Source: Eledone cirrhosa (lineage: Eukaryota). From it: a DNA stretch of 64,000 bases. Below are positions 46,402 through 59,814 of this stretch, in pieces; positions within the stretch are counted from its first letter, which is position 1, and each line of letters opens with the position of its first letter. The stretch covers positions 55,056,001 to 55,120,000 of the forward strand of contig OZ024740.1 in the NCBI GenBank assembly GCA_964016885.1, written 5' to 3'. The translations under genes and the position numbers were made by a program. The notes under the pieces were generated by a model. It was not told where the DNA came from, made no database searches, and saw only the letters and a program-made list of their open reading frames with translations.

Positions 46402-46629
46402 TTAACCCTTTAGCATTCACATTATTCTATATATACTATTATATTTTCATGGTAAAGGCTTTACCTCACATAATTATCTCACATAATATCGAATCTATGA
46501 GATTTTGGAAGTATTTATTTTGAGAACAATACCTTAACATCAGTTTGAGCAACCAGTTACAGCCAGCTTCAACAGAAAGAGGTACAGAATTCTGGCCGGT
46601 TTTGGCCGGTTTGAACATTAAAGGGCTCA
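46402..46629. mobile_element. piggyBac-like MITE (decayed)
   Basis: TTAA-CCCTTTAGCATTCA ... TGAACATTAAAGGG imperfect terminal inverted repeats. The right TTAA is degenerate. Confidence 0.6.
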
Positions 46630-46948
46630 TCTTAAGATATAGATGCATATAAACATATGTTGTTTAGATAAAATTATTTTATATGAAAATGGCTCAAATC
46701 TATTATAATACGTATGGTAAAGTATTTCGCTGCATATATACATATTACGTTGATGCGTTGTCTGTTCATTATGCATGTCATAAAACTCACCATAATGAAT
46801 CTTTTCTTTTTGTAGGTAAGTTACTGATTTCACCTCGCCGGCGAACCATCTTCGCACTCCAGTTGGGATAGTTGCCAAGGGTAATATATCACTATGTTGG
46901 AATCGAATGACCTCAGCTGGGTAAGTACTTTCACTGGATAATTGCAGA

Positions 46949-47011
<63 letters not shown>

Positions 47012-47114
47012 TATATGTATATTATAAACAGTCAGGACCCCGACGGCTGAGCTCTTGCCGATTGATATATGCATATAAATATATTTGTATATATATATAG
47101 AAATAAATAAATAA

Positions 47115-47195
<81 letters not shown>

Positions 47196-47859
47196 ACACA
47201 CATATATTTATATACATGCATACATTCATATACTTCAATTAATTCTCCCTTCCTTTATAACATTCAAGTAGCTTTCTGTTTGTATCTGATATCTATTTCT
47301 CATTCTATGTATGCTTTCTAAAAGATTTGCACGTTTATAATCATATATACACGACCATATGTAAATACATGTACCTGCATGCATTTGTTTGTGTGTCTCT
47401 GCATCTATATGTGGCGTTTTTATATCTATGTGGTATTTGTAATTATATACGTATTGTGCATATGCATCATGGTTATTATCGTCATGCCTCCCACCCCGTC
47501 GTCTTTTAAGATGCATCTGATAATTAAAATGTTCCCCATGCGAGTCCCCGTTACCATGTTTCATTTCTCCTTCGTAGACAGAGATTACATATACCTATAG
47601 ACTGCCAAATGTGTATCGAATTCTACGTCAGGCTAATACTTCCCCTCTCTTAAAAGGTTTCAACAATTGGATGCCTTTCGTAACACCAAACATGTTACAG
47701 AGAATACAGCTTCCATTTTATTTACCACACCTAGATTTTTGTCCATTCCGAGTAAGACTGAAATGTCTGGTCTGCAATGTACCATTTCTTATTCGTATTA
47801 CGTAAATTATTGTAAAATGAAGTTCCTTAACATTCGTTTTAATTTGAAACACGTGTTAT

Positions 47860-48550
47860 GACACGGCTACAAATTGGGAGAATTTCAGCAATTTGAAAAG
47901 AGAATGTAAATTAGATTGTCGAAATACTTAACTGATAATTTATTTTCCGACGGCAAAAGGATGAAAAGCAAAGTTGACATTGGCGTAGAAAGGATGAAAA
48001 GCAAGTTGACATTGGCGTAGAAAGTAGAAACTCAGAACTAAACACCTCAAATGTTTTGTCCGATGCTCTGCTGACACTGCACGGCCAACTTCCTAATTAT
48101 ATTATAAACATATTAATAATATAGGTTTCTGATTTAGTCACAAAGCCAACAATTTTGAGGGAGAAGAATATCGGTTAAATTGACCCCAGTGCTTTGCGTG
48201 TATTTTAATTTAACGACCCCCGTAAGGATAAAAGGCAAATCTAACCTCAGTTGGACTTGAAATCAGATCGTAAAGGGACGTCACTCTGTGCGACAAATCT
48301 GGTTGTCCGACGCTTTCTCGATACTGCCAATCCAGCATTTCTAAAATAGAGAGAACGCCAGATATTTGAAAGGAATTTTTTGTCGATAAAATCTGCCCCA
48401 TTATTTGACCGGTAGTTTAATTGTTTGACCCCGGAATGTCGATAAAATAATGTACCTCCTGCGATAGACCGATTGCTTGACGCTATAACGGTTCAGTTAA
48501 TCAACCGTCTAAATTTTGTCCAATGCTTCAACGATTCTGTCATTCCTCCA
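47860..48550 (-). mobile_element. Cluster of about three decayed family-A SINE copies
   Basis: Repeated AGGATGAAAAGCAAAGTTGAC / CGACCCCCGTAAGGATAAAAGGCAAA / ATACTGCCAATCCA remnants. Best copy is 48113-48334. Confidence 0.6.
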
Positions 48551-49089
48551 TAATAATAATGTATCTCTGATCATACCACAAGAACCATGGATGATGGGAA
48601 GGATAGAATATTATGGAAACGATAGAATATTAAAAGTATTCGTTATTACATTGATATCAAATAAGTAAATAAATGTAAAACGAAGTCGAGAGACAAAATT
48701 TTCTTGAATTTTTTTAGAATTTTCTACATAGGTCCAATCAAAAGTCCTAGATTACCAGTATTACCCTAACTGCCAACTATAAGAGCCATTTCTTAGCTGT
48801 CATTTCCTTTCCTACAGAATCATGCTGAGAGATGACCCATTCAGTCGAATCATATTTTTCATTCAATGGTTTGATAAATTTACTGGATAGCGTGCATCTC
48901 CCTCTCCACATACAAAAGTCGATGATGGATTCGTCAGCGACAGAAAAAGTGTCTGTTTTCAATCTTTCCAGTCACCTCTTTCACCATAATCACTAAAAAT
49001 AGAAGAAGAAAAAAATTCTTCTTCCCTTCTAAGCCATAGAAAATTTCTCACGGTGGACAGGACTGATAGTCGGATCTGTCCTATACTAT

Positions 49090-49295
49090 ATAATAATAAT
49101 ACCGCCACCGCTACCACCACCACCACCACCACCACCACCACCACCACCTCCACCACCACCGCCACCACCACAACCAACAACAACAACAACAACGATGATG
49201 ATACTAACGACGACAAAAATATCGTTGAGCACGACGACGACGGCGATGGTGATGATAAATGATGATGATGATGATCGTGATGATGATCGTGATGG

Positions 49296-49330
<35 letters not shown>

Positions 49331-49387
49331 GTGATGGTGATGATGATGGTGATGATGATGGTGATGGTGATGATCGTGATGGTGATA

Positions 49388-49431
<44 letters not shown>

Positions 49432-50082
49432 AATGATGATGATGATGAAGATGATGATGGTGATGATGGTGATGGTGATGTTGATAACAGTTGAGAGTGT
49501 GTAGGAGATAATGCTGCTGCTGTGTTTTCATTTGTTTTCCGTATGTGATTATCAGAATTGGCTCTCGTCCAGAATTCGACTATGATGATGACGGTGATTA
49601 TAATGAGGAGGAGGAGAGGATGAGTAGGAGGAGGTGGGGGGGGGGGAGAAGATGATGACGAGAAGGAGGCCGGGATCGTAGGTGTCAATTGCAGCAACAC
49701 TAAGAACGATGGTAATAATGACCTTAGCTTCACAATGACATGTGCAGCAGCAGCATCAACAGCAGCAGCAGTTGATGGTAATGATAATGATGACGACGAC
49801 GCTGATGACAATGATGATGATGATGAGGAGGAGGATGGTGATGGTGATGATGATGATGACGATGATGATGGTGATGGTTATGTCGAGGAAAATGAGAAGG
49901 AGAAAGATGACAATGATAATGACGCTGGTTATACTGATAAGGAGGAAGAAGCCGATGACGACGGGGAATGGCGAGAATGATGTTAATGACGGTGTTCGTG
50001 GTGACGATCATAGCAATTATGGCCTGTCACAATTACAGTTGGCAACATCATCATCCTCCTTATCAACGCTGTTGTCATCATT

Positions 50083-50128
<46 letters not shown>

Positions 50129-50231
50129 CCATCCTTATCAACGCCGTTGTCAACATCATCATTATCACCATCATCATCATCCTTATCAACGCCGTGGTCA
50201 ACATCATCACCACCATCATCAACATCACCAC

Positions 50232-50297
<66 letters not shown>
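49090..50297. repeat. Compound trinucleotide tract: (CAC)n, (GAT)n, then (CAT)n
   Basis: Read directly. Strand polarity switches near 50020. Confidence 0.9.
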
Positions 50298-50298
<1 letters not shown>

Positions 50299-50299
<1 letters not shown>

Positions 50300-50880
50300 C
50301 GCCATGCTGCCCTCAACGAGGTCATTAAGCATGGCTTGGACGCTGCAGGCTTCCCTTCCCAGCTCGAGCGGATGGGGCTGGATCGAGGGGACGGCAATAA
50401 GCCAGATGGCATGACCATCTTCCCGTTCCGCGGTGGCAAACCCCTCGTCTGGGATGCCACTTGCACCGACACTTTCTGCAGCCGCAACCTGGTGCAGTCT
50501 GCGACTAACCCAGGTTCTGCTGCACGTCGGGCTGAGGGGGCCAAACTCCTCAAATACCGGTCGTTCTCCGACAGGTTTGCGGTCGTACCCCTGGCAGTGG
50601 AGATTTCTGGTGTCCTCGGCCCCAGGTCTACCTCCCTACTCACCACCATAGGCGCTAGCTGGCCAGCCGCAGGTGTGAGCCTCGTGAGTTGGAGTGGTTT
50701 TTCCAGCGCGTCTCCCTTGCCGTCCTCCGGGGAAACGCCTTCTCCATTGTGTTCGCCGGGGCTGTGGGTGGGCCCCATCGCGTACCGTTGTAGTTTTTGT
50801 AGAAGAAACAGGAAGACAACAGCCGGAAAGTTTCATTTTCTACTTTATCATTTACTTCTGCACTGAAATCGTAATATAAA
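50299..50880 (+). mobile_element. CRE-clade non-LTR retrotransposon 3' fragment (RLE endonuclease), one frameshift
   Basis: RHAALNEVIK..E..GLDRGDGNKPDGMT..GKPLVWDATCTDT..AE..KLLKY..PLAVEISG, frameshift at ~50655, then LEWFFQRVSLAVLRGNAFSI (stop 50793). Shows the RH, PDG, WD, K..KY and QR..RGNA motifs. Confidence 0.82.
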
Positions 50881-52361
50881 TGTATACTTAACCATCGTTA
50901 CATTAGATTCATCATGGAATTTGACACTAAAATGTTAGGAATGCCAATTTATGAATCACAAACTACAAATTTGATAAGGTCAGTTTATCACCTGTTTCAT
51001 ACTATCCTCTTAATCATTACAACTATATGTCTAATTACTGACAAACTCTTTGATATATTTGCAATACACCTGCACACAAACACAGCAATCTCATAGTCTT
51101 CATTAGTTACCGTGTATAATAAAACTGTCTCCCCAATGACTCCTGTCCACCCACACTAAATCATTATCTGTTCTTTCATCACTCCACCCACCTATCCACC
51201 ACACACCTACAACTCCACCTCTAATATAAACCGGTTAAACTGAGTACCAGCTATATGCTGGTGGTGGTATCTATTCGTTCGACTATAATATCTTACCCAC
51301 ACCATCAAAATTGTAATGAGTAATGACAATATTAACATCATGCTTCCTTTACATCATCATCATCAGCATCATCATCATCATCATCATCCTCATCATCGTC
51401 ATCACCATCATCATCATAATCATCATCATAATCATCATCATCATCAGCATAATCATCATAATCATCATCATCATCATCATCGTTATAATCATCATCATCG
51501 TCAGCTTCATTATCGACATTATCATCATCGTCCTTCTCGTTATCTTCATCATCATCATCAGCAGCAGCAGCAACAGCAACATTAACGTCATCAAAATCTT
51601 CATCATCATGAACAATAAGAAATCAGAAAATGATGTTCAATTCCACCGAGGTCGTCTTAGAGTTTCAGCCTTCTAGAGTCGATAAAGTAATGTGCAAGTA
51701 AAGTACTGAGATCAATATAATCGACTTTAATCATCATCTCTCCCACATAACAATCCCACACCAAACTGATTTAGACCGTGGGCCTAAATCAGAAACAATT
51801 ATTATTATTCGCTGACCTTGTGCCTATAGTAGAAATCATTATTATTCTCATTGTTATTGAGGCTGCATATCCATATTTTTGTCCCTTATATCTCAAAGAA
51901 TAAGATCTATTTTGGAACAGAACAGAATTTTCAAGCTTAATAAAAATAAAAAGCGACAAAGCATTATTGATTCTTAATATTGATATTGCGTGGATCGACC
52001 ACAAAATCTCGTATGTATAAAATGTCCCACAGATGTGATTCTCTTGTTATTCCAGAGATGTCGTATGGTATGATAACACATTATGCTTACTTCATTATGA
52101 GTTGAATTAACTGACTTAAATGAATTAAATCAATGTCATTTCTCAGCTTCGTAACGCGACATCTGGTGTCGAATAACAGTCAGATAGTCTGGACCAATGA
52201 AATTTAATCTGCCTTGACCAGTGAGTCAATGGAGTTTTGAATGAATAATAATAAGAAACGAAAATAATGTGGCACTTTTTGCATAGTTTATTCTACTGAT
52301 TCTCAGTTGTAGCTTTTGGGCGGTACATATTGTGTGTGTGTATGTGTGCATATACATATAA

Positions 52362-52411
<50 letters not shown>

Positions 52412-53218
52412 GGAGAGAGAGAGAGAAAGAAAGAGAAAGCGGATGAGGTAGCCGGACAGAGAGGGAAAAATAGAGAAAGATAGGCAGAAAGTTTTAAAGA
52501 TGATTGACTCGATCTTCAGTATAACAGTATATTACCTAAATACTGAAAGCAAAAGGACAATAACAAAAATTAAAACTTAAATAATAATAAATCACCAGCA
52601 CAACAGCAACATTCCATATTTACTCCAGCCCAACCTTTCCTCTCGAGGCATTTTATCCGATTTTATGGCGTTCCAACCTTGCCATTCCACAGCCGACTTT
52701 TTACTGTTGTTACGAACTAAATGAAAAAACAACTTACATCATATTAAAAAGAAGATGAAATAAAGAAAGAAATATGAAGTTCATTTATTTCATCACGCAT
52801 TTCTTCTTTTACCTTTAATAGTATTTCTTTTACTCGATGATTTCTGGAGGAGGAAAAGTCTTTCTGAAAATATATATTTTATCAGTTCTTCGAAAGAAAA
52901 TAAAGAAACGAAAGAGAAAATGAAGAAATGTAGAAAGGAGAAAAGAACAAGGAAAGAAATATATACAGAGAGAAAGCGATAATTCTTGCAGTGTTTAATC
53001 AGTCCATGTCTTTTGTTCTTCTTCTTTCAGAGTTAATTAGAAAAGCAGATTTTTATCTGGAAACGGAGACACACTCTAAAATGTGTCAATACTAATTCAC
53101 TTTCAACGTTCATTGGTTAATTGGGCAAAACGTGATCAAATGTGTTGTGTATGTGTCTTGTTTGTCTGTCAGTGTGAGACTCTGTGTGTGAAAAAGAGAA
53201 AGAGAGAGAGAAAGAAAG

Positions 53219-53256
<38 letters not shown>

Positions 53257-55686
53257 TGAAGCGCACTGTGTAAGTCTATGCGAGTCTGCATAAATGTTAA
53301 TGTGTGTATGACAGAAAGAGACCTTTTGTTGCTCCGTACGTAAATATATATATGTGTGTGTGTGTATGTGTGTGTGTGTGTGTGTGTGGTAGGGTGCGTG
53401 ATTGTGCGTCTGAGTCTGTATTTTAATTTTGTGATTTTCTCTCTATAGGTGTGAGTTTTTGTGAGTATTAATATGAATGACTGTTAGTAGCTGCATTTCT
53501 ATTCGTATGTGCATGCGTTGTGTGCGTATGTATGTGTTTGTGTATGTTTCAGGAGAACATGCTAGAGAGAGTGACAGACAGAAAATGAGAGCTAGACATA
53601 CAGTCAAACAAAAATATAAAGGGAAAGAGAGAGATGGAAAGATGCAAAACATTGTGATAGAAACATACATAGAGAAAGACTGAGGGGATAAATACTTAAA
53701 AAATATAGAAATCGATATTGAGATAAATGGAAAGGAAGAGAGAGAGAGAGAGGGGGAGAGAGAGGGGCAGAGAGGGAGAGAGAGAGAGCGAGAGAGAGAG
53801 AGAGAGAAAGTGAGGGGGGATTAGGGGGGAAATCGTCAGACAAAAATGAAAAGAACACAAGAAAGAAAATAATTAGAATGATACCCGTAACAAATATCAA
53901 GCAAAATATCCTCATTAAACAAGACATAACCCAACCCCAAATTTTAAAAAATTACCTTCCGTACTTGACTGAACATTTATTTAACAATGATGATGCTATT
54001 TAAATCATTAATAATCTGCTCAAATTAATTGGACGCTTTTGGTTTCCAAATTGAAATACCCAACGGGGCCGATCCTGCAGTTTGCACCAGAGTCGATAAT
54101 CATTTTTTGTATTTAGTCACGGGGGGGGGCACTAAATATGACCCTTTTCAAGGCCTACTCAGACAGGAGATCTGACCTGAAAATTGAAAGATAACCGACA
54201 GTGAGGTGGTAGTGTTACATTATGCGATGTATTTAGTTCATCACACTGCAGGATTTGAACTCAAAACTGAAAGATCCGAAAAAATACTATAAAACCTCAC
54301 GGCAATCGCTCTAAAATCCCACCAATCTTCCGTCTTGGTCTGGTAATTTATTGAATCCCGAAAATATGAAAGACAAATTTGACCTCCATTAGATTCGAAC
54401 TCATGGACCAGAAACAAAATGCCTATCAAAGGTGAGTTTGTCCTATGTATAACGATTCTGCCTTATCGCATGTAACCATTAGGAACAAAACCCCTTTGCT
54501 CTTGACTCGCCATAATCTCTCTTCAAAATCTCATGAAATCGAATAAGCAGCTCGGTTTCAATTCCTGCTTGAAAGATTTTCATTTAATTACTTTTATTTA
54601 CTCTATTCCCCATAGATCTGAGCAATTGGCTTCCTGTAAGATATCTACGCCATCGTTATTGATGTTCCTGCATCAATAACGATAACGTAGTAGAGTACAA
54701 TTACGATCAAATACGTCCCATACTTTACAATCACCTTCATTTAAGACTGTAGGATACAGTGCATTGTTATGGAAAATTGGATGCTGTTTCTATGATGTCG
54801 AGAATCCCTTTAGAAGCTCTTTCGTAGGCACATGAGACATTGTGGTCATCTAAAGCAGTGGTGAATGACACAATATTATTGACAAATATAATATTACATA
54901 TATTTTCCAAAACAAAAACTAAGACGTTGCAGTTACAAATACGCTTAAATGGTTTATTGTCACGAAACTTTTACGCTACCTTGAGAAACGTATGAACATC
55001 ACACAATCTCACTCCTTTCCCTTAAAAATATTCAAGAAAGAAATCAAGTTTTAAAAAAATTCATTATAAATAGTTCTCATAAAAAAAACTAATTATCATT
55101 CCTCCTCCAGATTTGTTAGAAATGACAAATGTATAATAGATTAATGCTATGTAAAATACGTATCGTTTTCGAATTCATTACTAAACGATTAATTAGACGT
55201 ATGTTTATATGCCTTGAAAAATATCGCTTAGAATCTGAAAGCGTTAGGTTGGCACCCGCCTTCGGGCCTGTTTGGCTTTCGGGGGAGAATTGCATGAAGT
55301 GTATTAAACACTGAGGCTGTGAAAAGTGTCGACTATAATTTGCTCAAAACCAGAGTCAATTAGACCTACTTAAGAACCGTAACACGATTCAATAATATGC
55401 TATACTAAATGAGTGTCTTAAAAAAATCACATCGGCCAATGATGCAGAGTAGGAAATAGCGGTAATTTAAAGTTATTCATGCGACGTTATTATGAGAAAT
55501 CACTTACCTCTTGGAGCATATCATCAAGAAACACCTGCCGGTCATCTTAACAGAATAATGTATCAGTGTTAGACATATACTTCTACACTTATTTTACCGT
55601 ATATATATATATATACGGTAAAATATATATACACTTCTTGAACATAAGACACCCCCTTTAGTGTGTGTGTGAGTGTATACATTTAT

Positions 55687-55776
<90 letters not shown>

Positions 55777-56345
55777 TAAAGGGGGACTTGTATGGGCAAA
55801 ATGTGTACATATGGTGACTTTCAATTATTAACTGAATGAGTACTCAAAACACGTGAGTAGAGTATAATATCTAAATGGCATTGTCTTCGAAGTTTCAGTG
55901 ATGTTGAATTATGATCTCCAAATTCTATTATAACATCAGGTAACACTTAAGCCTGCTTCCTGTGTTCGTATAGAATCTCTGCCGTCAGATATACTATGGT
56001 TATCGTCAGACTGGAGGACTAAAGATGTGGTTCAAAGATCAGCTGAAAATTACTTTGAAGAATAACATCAACATTTCAAGAGTGGAAGGTATCGCTACAA
56101 ACTTGTCACGGTGCCGTTCTCACAGTTAAAGGAAGTCTGAAATTATTGAGAAAAATATAAAACACACTTTGCACTGCCAAGAGAAGGGATAACATTAGCA
56201 TGAATACAGTTTAAAAGCTGGCATCTCAAACTGTGCATTTAGACATGTCATTTTCATTGGAAACTCCACGTAGGGTTATAGTCACGTTAAGGATACAGTC
56301 TGCACTGGTCACTATAGAAAACAATGTGCAATCATAAGCATTCAC

Positions 56346-56382
<37 letters not shown>

Positions 56383-56445
56383 CCACCCCCTCTCTCTCTC
56401 TCTTTATTTATATATATATATATATATATATAAATATATATATGA

Positions 56446-56527
56446 GCCTTCTGAAGATAGCTCCCTTCTCAATGGCAATCTGCTTGGATTTTACGTTTAT
56501 ACTGGAGTTTGAAACCGCGGTTAAGGC
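56446..56527 (+). ncRNA. Type I hammerhead ribozyme with large stem II loop
   Basis: GCCTT-CTGAAGA-tAGCTCC..(39 nt)..GGAGTTt-GAA-ACCGCGGT-T-AAGGC: 5-bp stem I, palindromic stem III, GUU triplet. Confidence 0.72.
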
Positions 56528-56595
56528 ACATATAGTAAGTACAGCGAATTTTTTAAAATTAATTTTAAAACTTTTTCTCTATTTGCTAGACCTTG

Positions 56596-56654
<59 letters not shown>

Positions 56655-56672
56655 TCATATATAACTACATGA

Positions 56673-56739
<67 letters not shown>

Positions 56740-56835
56740 CATGTAGTTATATATACAAAAAATCAAGGTCTAGCAAATAGAGAAAAAGTTTTAAAATTAA
56801 TTTTTAAAAATTCGCTGTACTTACTATATGTGCCT
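56524..56835. repeat. Fold-back palindrome centred on (CT)n(TA)n(AG)n, directly 3' of the hammerhead
   Basis: AGGCACATATAGTAAGTACAGCG..GACCTTGATTTT pairs with AAAATCAAGGTC..CGCTGTACTTACTATATGTGCCT. The inner TATATAACTACATG segment is also mirrored. Confidence 0.9.
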
Positions 56836-57176
56836 ACATATATATTAGTTATCTGACAAGTATGCAATGGGTCTTTACGGCGACATTCATAATCAATTTA
56901 TATAATGTGTCATCAATCCAATCGATACATATGTGAAACCAAGCAATATAAATTATTTTCTTACATTTTAATAATATTTGATTATTTCTGTTATATTTTT
57001 CTTGTAGCGATTATCAACGCTTGTATTCTGTTCGTGATTTGCTCTCGTTGCTGTTGGTAATCAATTATCTAATATGTTTATATCACAAAATATTAATACC
57101 TTTTCTTAGATAAAAATGAACAGAAACAGAAAGGAGGAAATGAGAAGGAAAGATCAATATTATTATATATATATAT

Positions 57177-57366
57177 GGGCGGTGGATTGGCAGTATCGGC
57201 AGGGGGTCGGACGTCATGCTTTGACGCATACAGTTACGGCCCTTTCCATTCTGAGATCAAATCCCGCCGGGGTCAACTTTGCCTGTCATCCTTACGGGGT
57301 CGATAAAATAAAGTACCAGTAATACACTTTGATAATTGCTGGCCTTGTGCCAAAAGTAGAAACGAT

Positions 57367-57405
<39 letters not shown>

Positions 57406-58070
57406 GGGCGGTGTATTGGCCGTAATCGGTGGAGGGTCGGACGCCATGCTTTGCTACATAGAGTTACGGCCCTTTATTATCTGAGTTCAAATCCCGCCGA
57501 GGTTAACTTTGCCTTTCATCCTTACGGGGTCGATAAAATAAAGTACCAGTCATGCACTGGAGTCGATTTAATCGACATTCCCTTCTCCCAAAATTGCTGG
57601 CCTTGTGCCTATATGAGCAACCATTATTATATATATCTATAAAGGGCGGTGGATTGGCAGTATCGGTAGAGGGTCAGAGCAAATGCTTCGCGGCATAGAG
57701 TTACAGCCATTTACGTTCTGATTCCAAATCCCGCTGAGGTTAACTTTGCCTTTCATTCTTACGGGGTTGATAAAGAAAGTACCAGTAATGCACTGGGTCG
57801 ATTTAATCGATTATCCCCTCCCTTTCAAGTTGCTAGCCTTTTACCTATAGTAGAAACCATTATTATATATATCTATAGGGTGGTGAATTGGCAGTATCGG
57901 TAGAGGGTCGGATTATGCTTTCCAGCATAGTTACTTCCCTTTACGATCTGAGTTCAATTCCCGCCGAGGTTAACTTTGCCTTTCATCCTTACGGGGTCGA
58001 TAAAATAAAGTACGAGTAATGTACTGGGATAATTGCTGGCCTTGTGCCAAAAAGTAGAAACAATTATTAT
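57177..58070 (+). mobile_element. Head-to-tail array of four family-A SINEs (short, long, long, short)
   Basis: Copies start at 57177, 57406, 57644 and 57878, separated only by TTATTA(TA)n linkers. Confidence 0.92.
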
Positions 58071-59559
58071 ATATATCTATATATATGGGTGAGTCTGCGT
58101 GGGTTTGCGTTTGTGTGTGTTTCTGTGTGTTTCTGTGCGTATAACATTAAGTTGAGTATAGGAGGTACTAGTAGTTCTAACAAAAAAAATATATTTTTTA
58201 TTGTTAATGGACAGTTCAAAGATTCACATGGATTAGACACTTCTACGCGGAATGGAAATTTTCAGACTTCATATATATACGTCATATATATATATATATA
58301 TATAAATATACATATACTGTATATATATATATATATATATCAAAATGAAAATCCGAAGGCAAGGTAAAATACATCGATACATCATGTAGCTCTTCCCTTG
58401 AATGGAATTGGAGATATACAAAAGCGTGGAGAACTTAATATTGCTAACATAAAGTTATTGGACCATTTTACACAACCAATAATGCACCTTACTATATAAC
58501 AACTTTCTATATATATATATGTGCCTATGTATGCATACATACATACATAGATAAATACATACATAGGCACATACATACATTCATTCATTCATTTTTCACT
58601 GTGTAAAAAGTTTTCACCAGTGTGTTATTTTGTGTTTATTATATTCACTGTTACTAATGAAAGATTGCCCACATATTTCAGTATTAGGGTTTCTATCCAG
58701 TATGTGTTCGTTATAATACCCTAAAAACCATTAATCTGGATACCTAAATATGGAATGTTACGCGTTGGGCCACCCCCCACCTCCCTCCACAGCCCATTCA
58801 TTTGTATGCATATAACTGAATGGATCTGTGTTGTTGCTTTTTTCTATGTCAATGTGTGTCATTGTGAGTGTGTGTTTGACGGAGAGAGAGAGAAAGAAAG
58901 GTAGATAGAGAGAGAGAGTGGGGACAGAGAGTGAGGAGGAAAGAGAGAGAGAATAAAATTGATTTCTGAATTGGCTGCAGAACAGCGAGGAGGGGGAAGC
59001 AAGAAAGATGAAGATGCAAAAAAAAAAAATAAGAAACAACAAAAAACTTTACAAACCAAAACTCAAAAAAATATTTAAAAAGGAACGATGCCCGGTTGGT
59101 GATGGGTGGCTGTTTGGCGGCTACGTGGATAACTGGCTAGGCTGGTTGGTCGGATAGTTGGCTGGCTTGCTGGTTATCTTGTTTGCTGTATAGCTGGATG
59201 GTTTGTGGAGAAATGGTTGGATAAGGATGAATTGATGTTGAGAGACCATGGATGGATATTTGGGGCGAAACATCTCTGGGGGTGTGTAATATGTGTAGAT
59301 ACATAGACGAATATATTAAGAAATATGGGATTGAGTGTCTGACTGGATGGATGAAAAGCGAGAGAGGGAGAGAAAGAGGAGTGAGAGACAAAGAGAGAAA
59401 GAGAGAGTGAGTGAGGAGGGGGGGGGGAGGGCCTAGAGTTGGCACGACAAGTTAAATATAGGGAGGGAGCTTAGTTTAGAATTAGAATTAGATTAACTGA
59501 AGCTTAACTATGTAGTTTGATGGCTTGGTTGGTTGGATACACACACACATATATGTATA

Positions 59560-59633
<74 letters not shown>

Positions 59634-59719
59634 GTAGGAGGTGAGTTTTATTGTAGTACAATAAAGCAATGCAGATATCGGATAAGAAGCACTCTACAGT
59701 TTGTAGGACTGGAGTATAC

Positions 59720-59814
59720 ATAATATATAAGAACAAAAGATGGTTAAAGGAGTTCCATGTATTTTATTAAAATACATGGAACTCCTTTAACCATCTTTTG
59801 TTCTTATATATTAT
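59720..59814. repeat. Perfect fold-back palindrome (46-bp arms, ~3-nt loop) between (TA)n tracts
   Basis: ATAATATATAAGAACAAAAGATGGTTAAAGGAGTTCCATGTATTTT-att-reverse complement. Confidence 0.92.

Noticed and set aside
49742-50866. 374-aa ORF as a host gene
   Set aside because: It is a trinucleotide repeat read in frame into a frameshifted CRE-like retrotransposon fragment.
57177-58070. CRISPR-like or tRNA gene array
   Set aside because: The units are ~200-bp SINEs with no unique spacers and no cloverleaf, in eukaryotic DNA.
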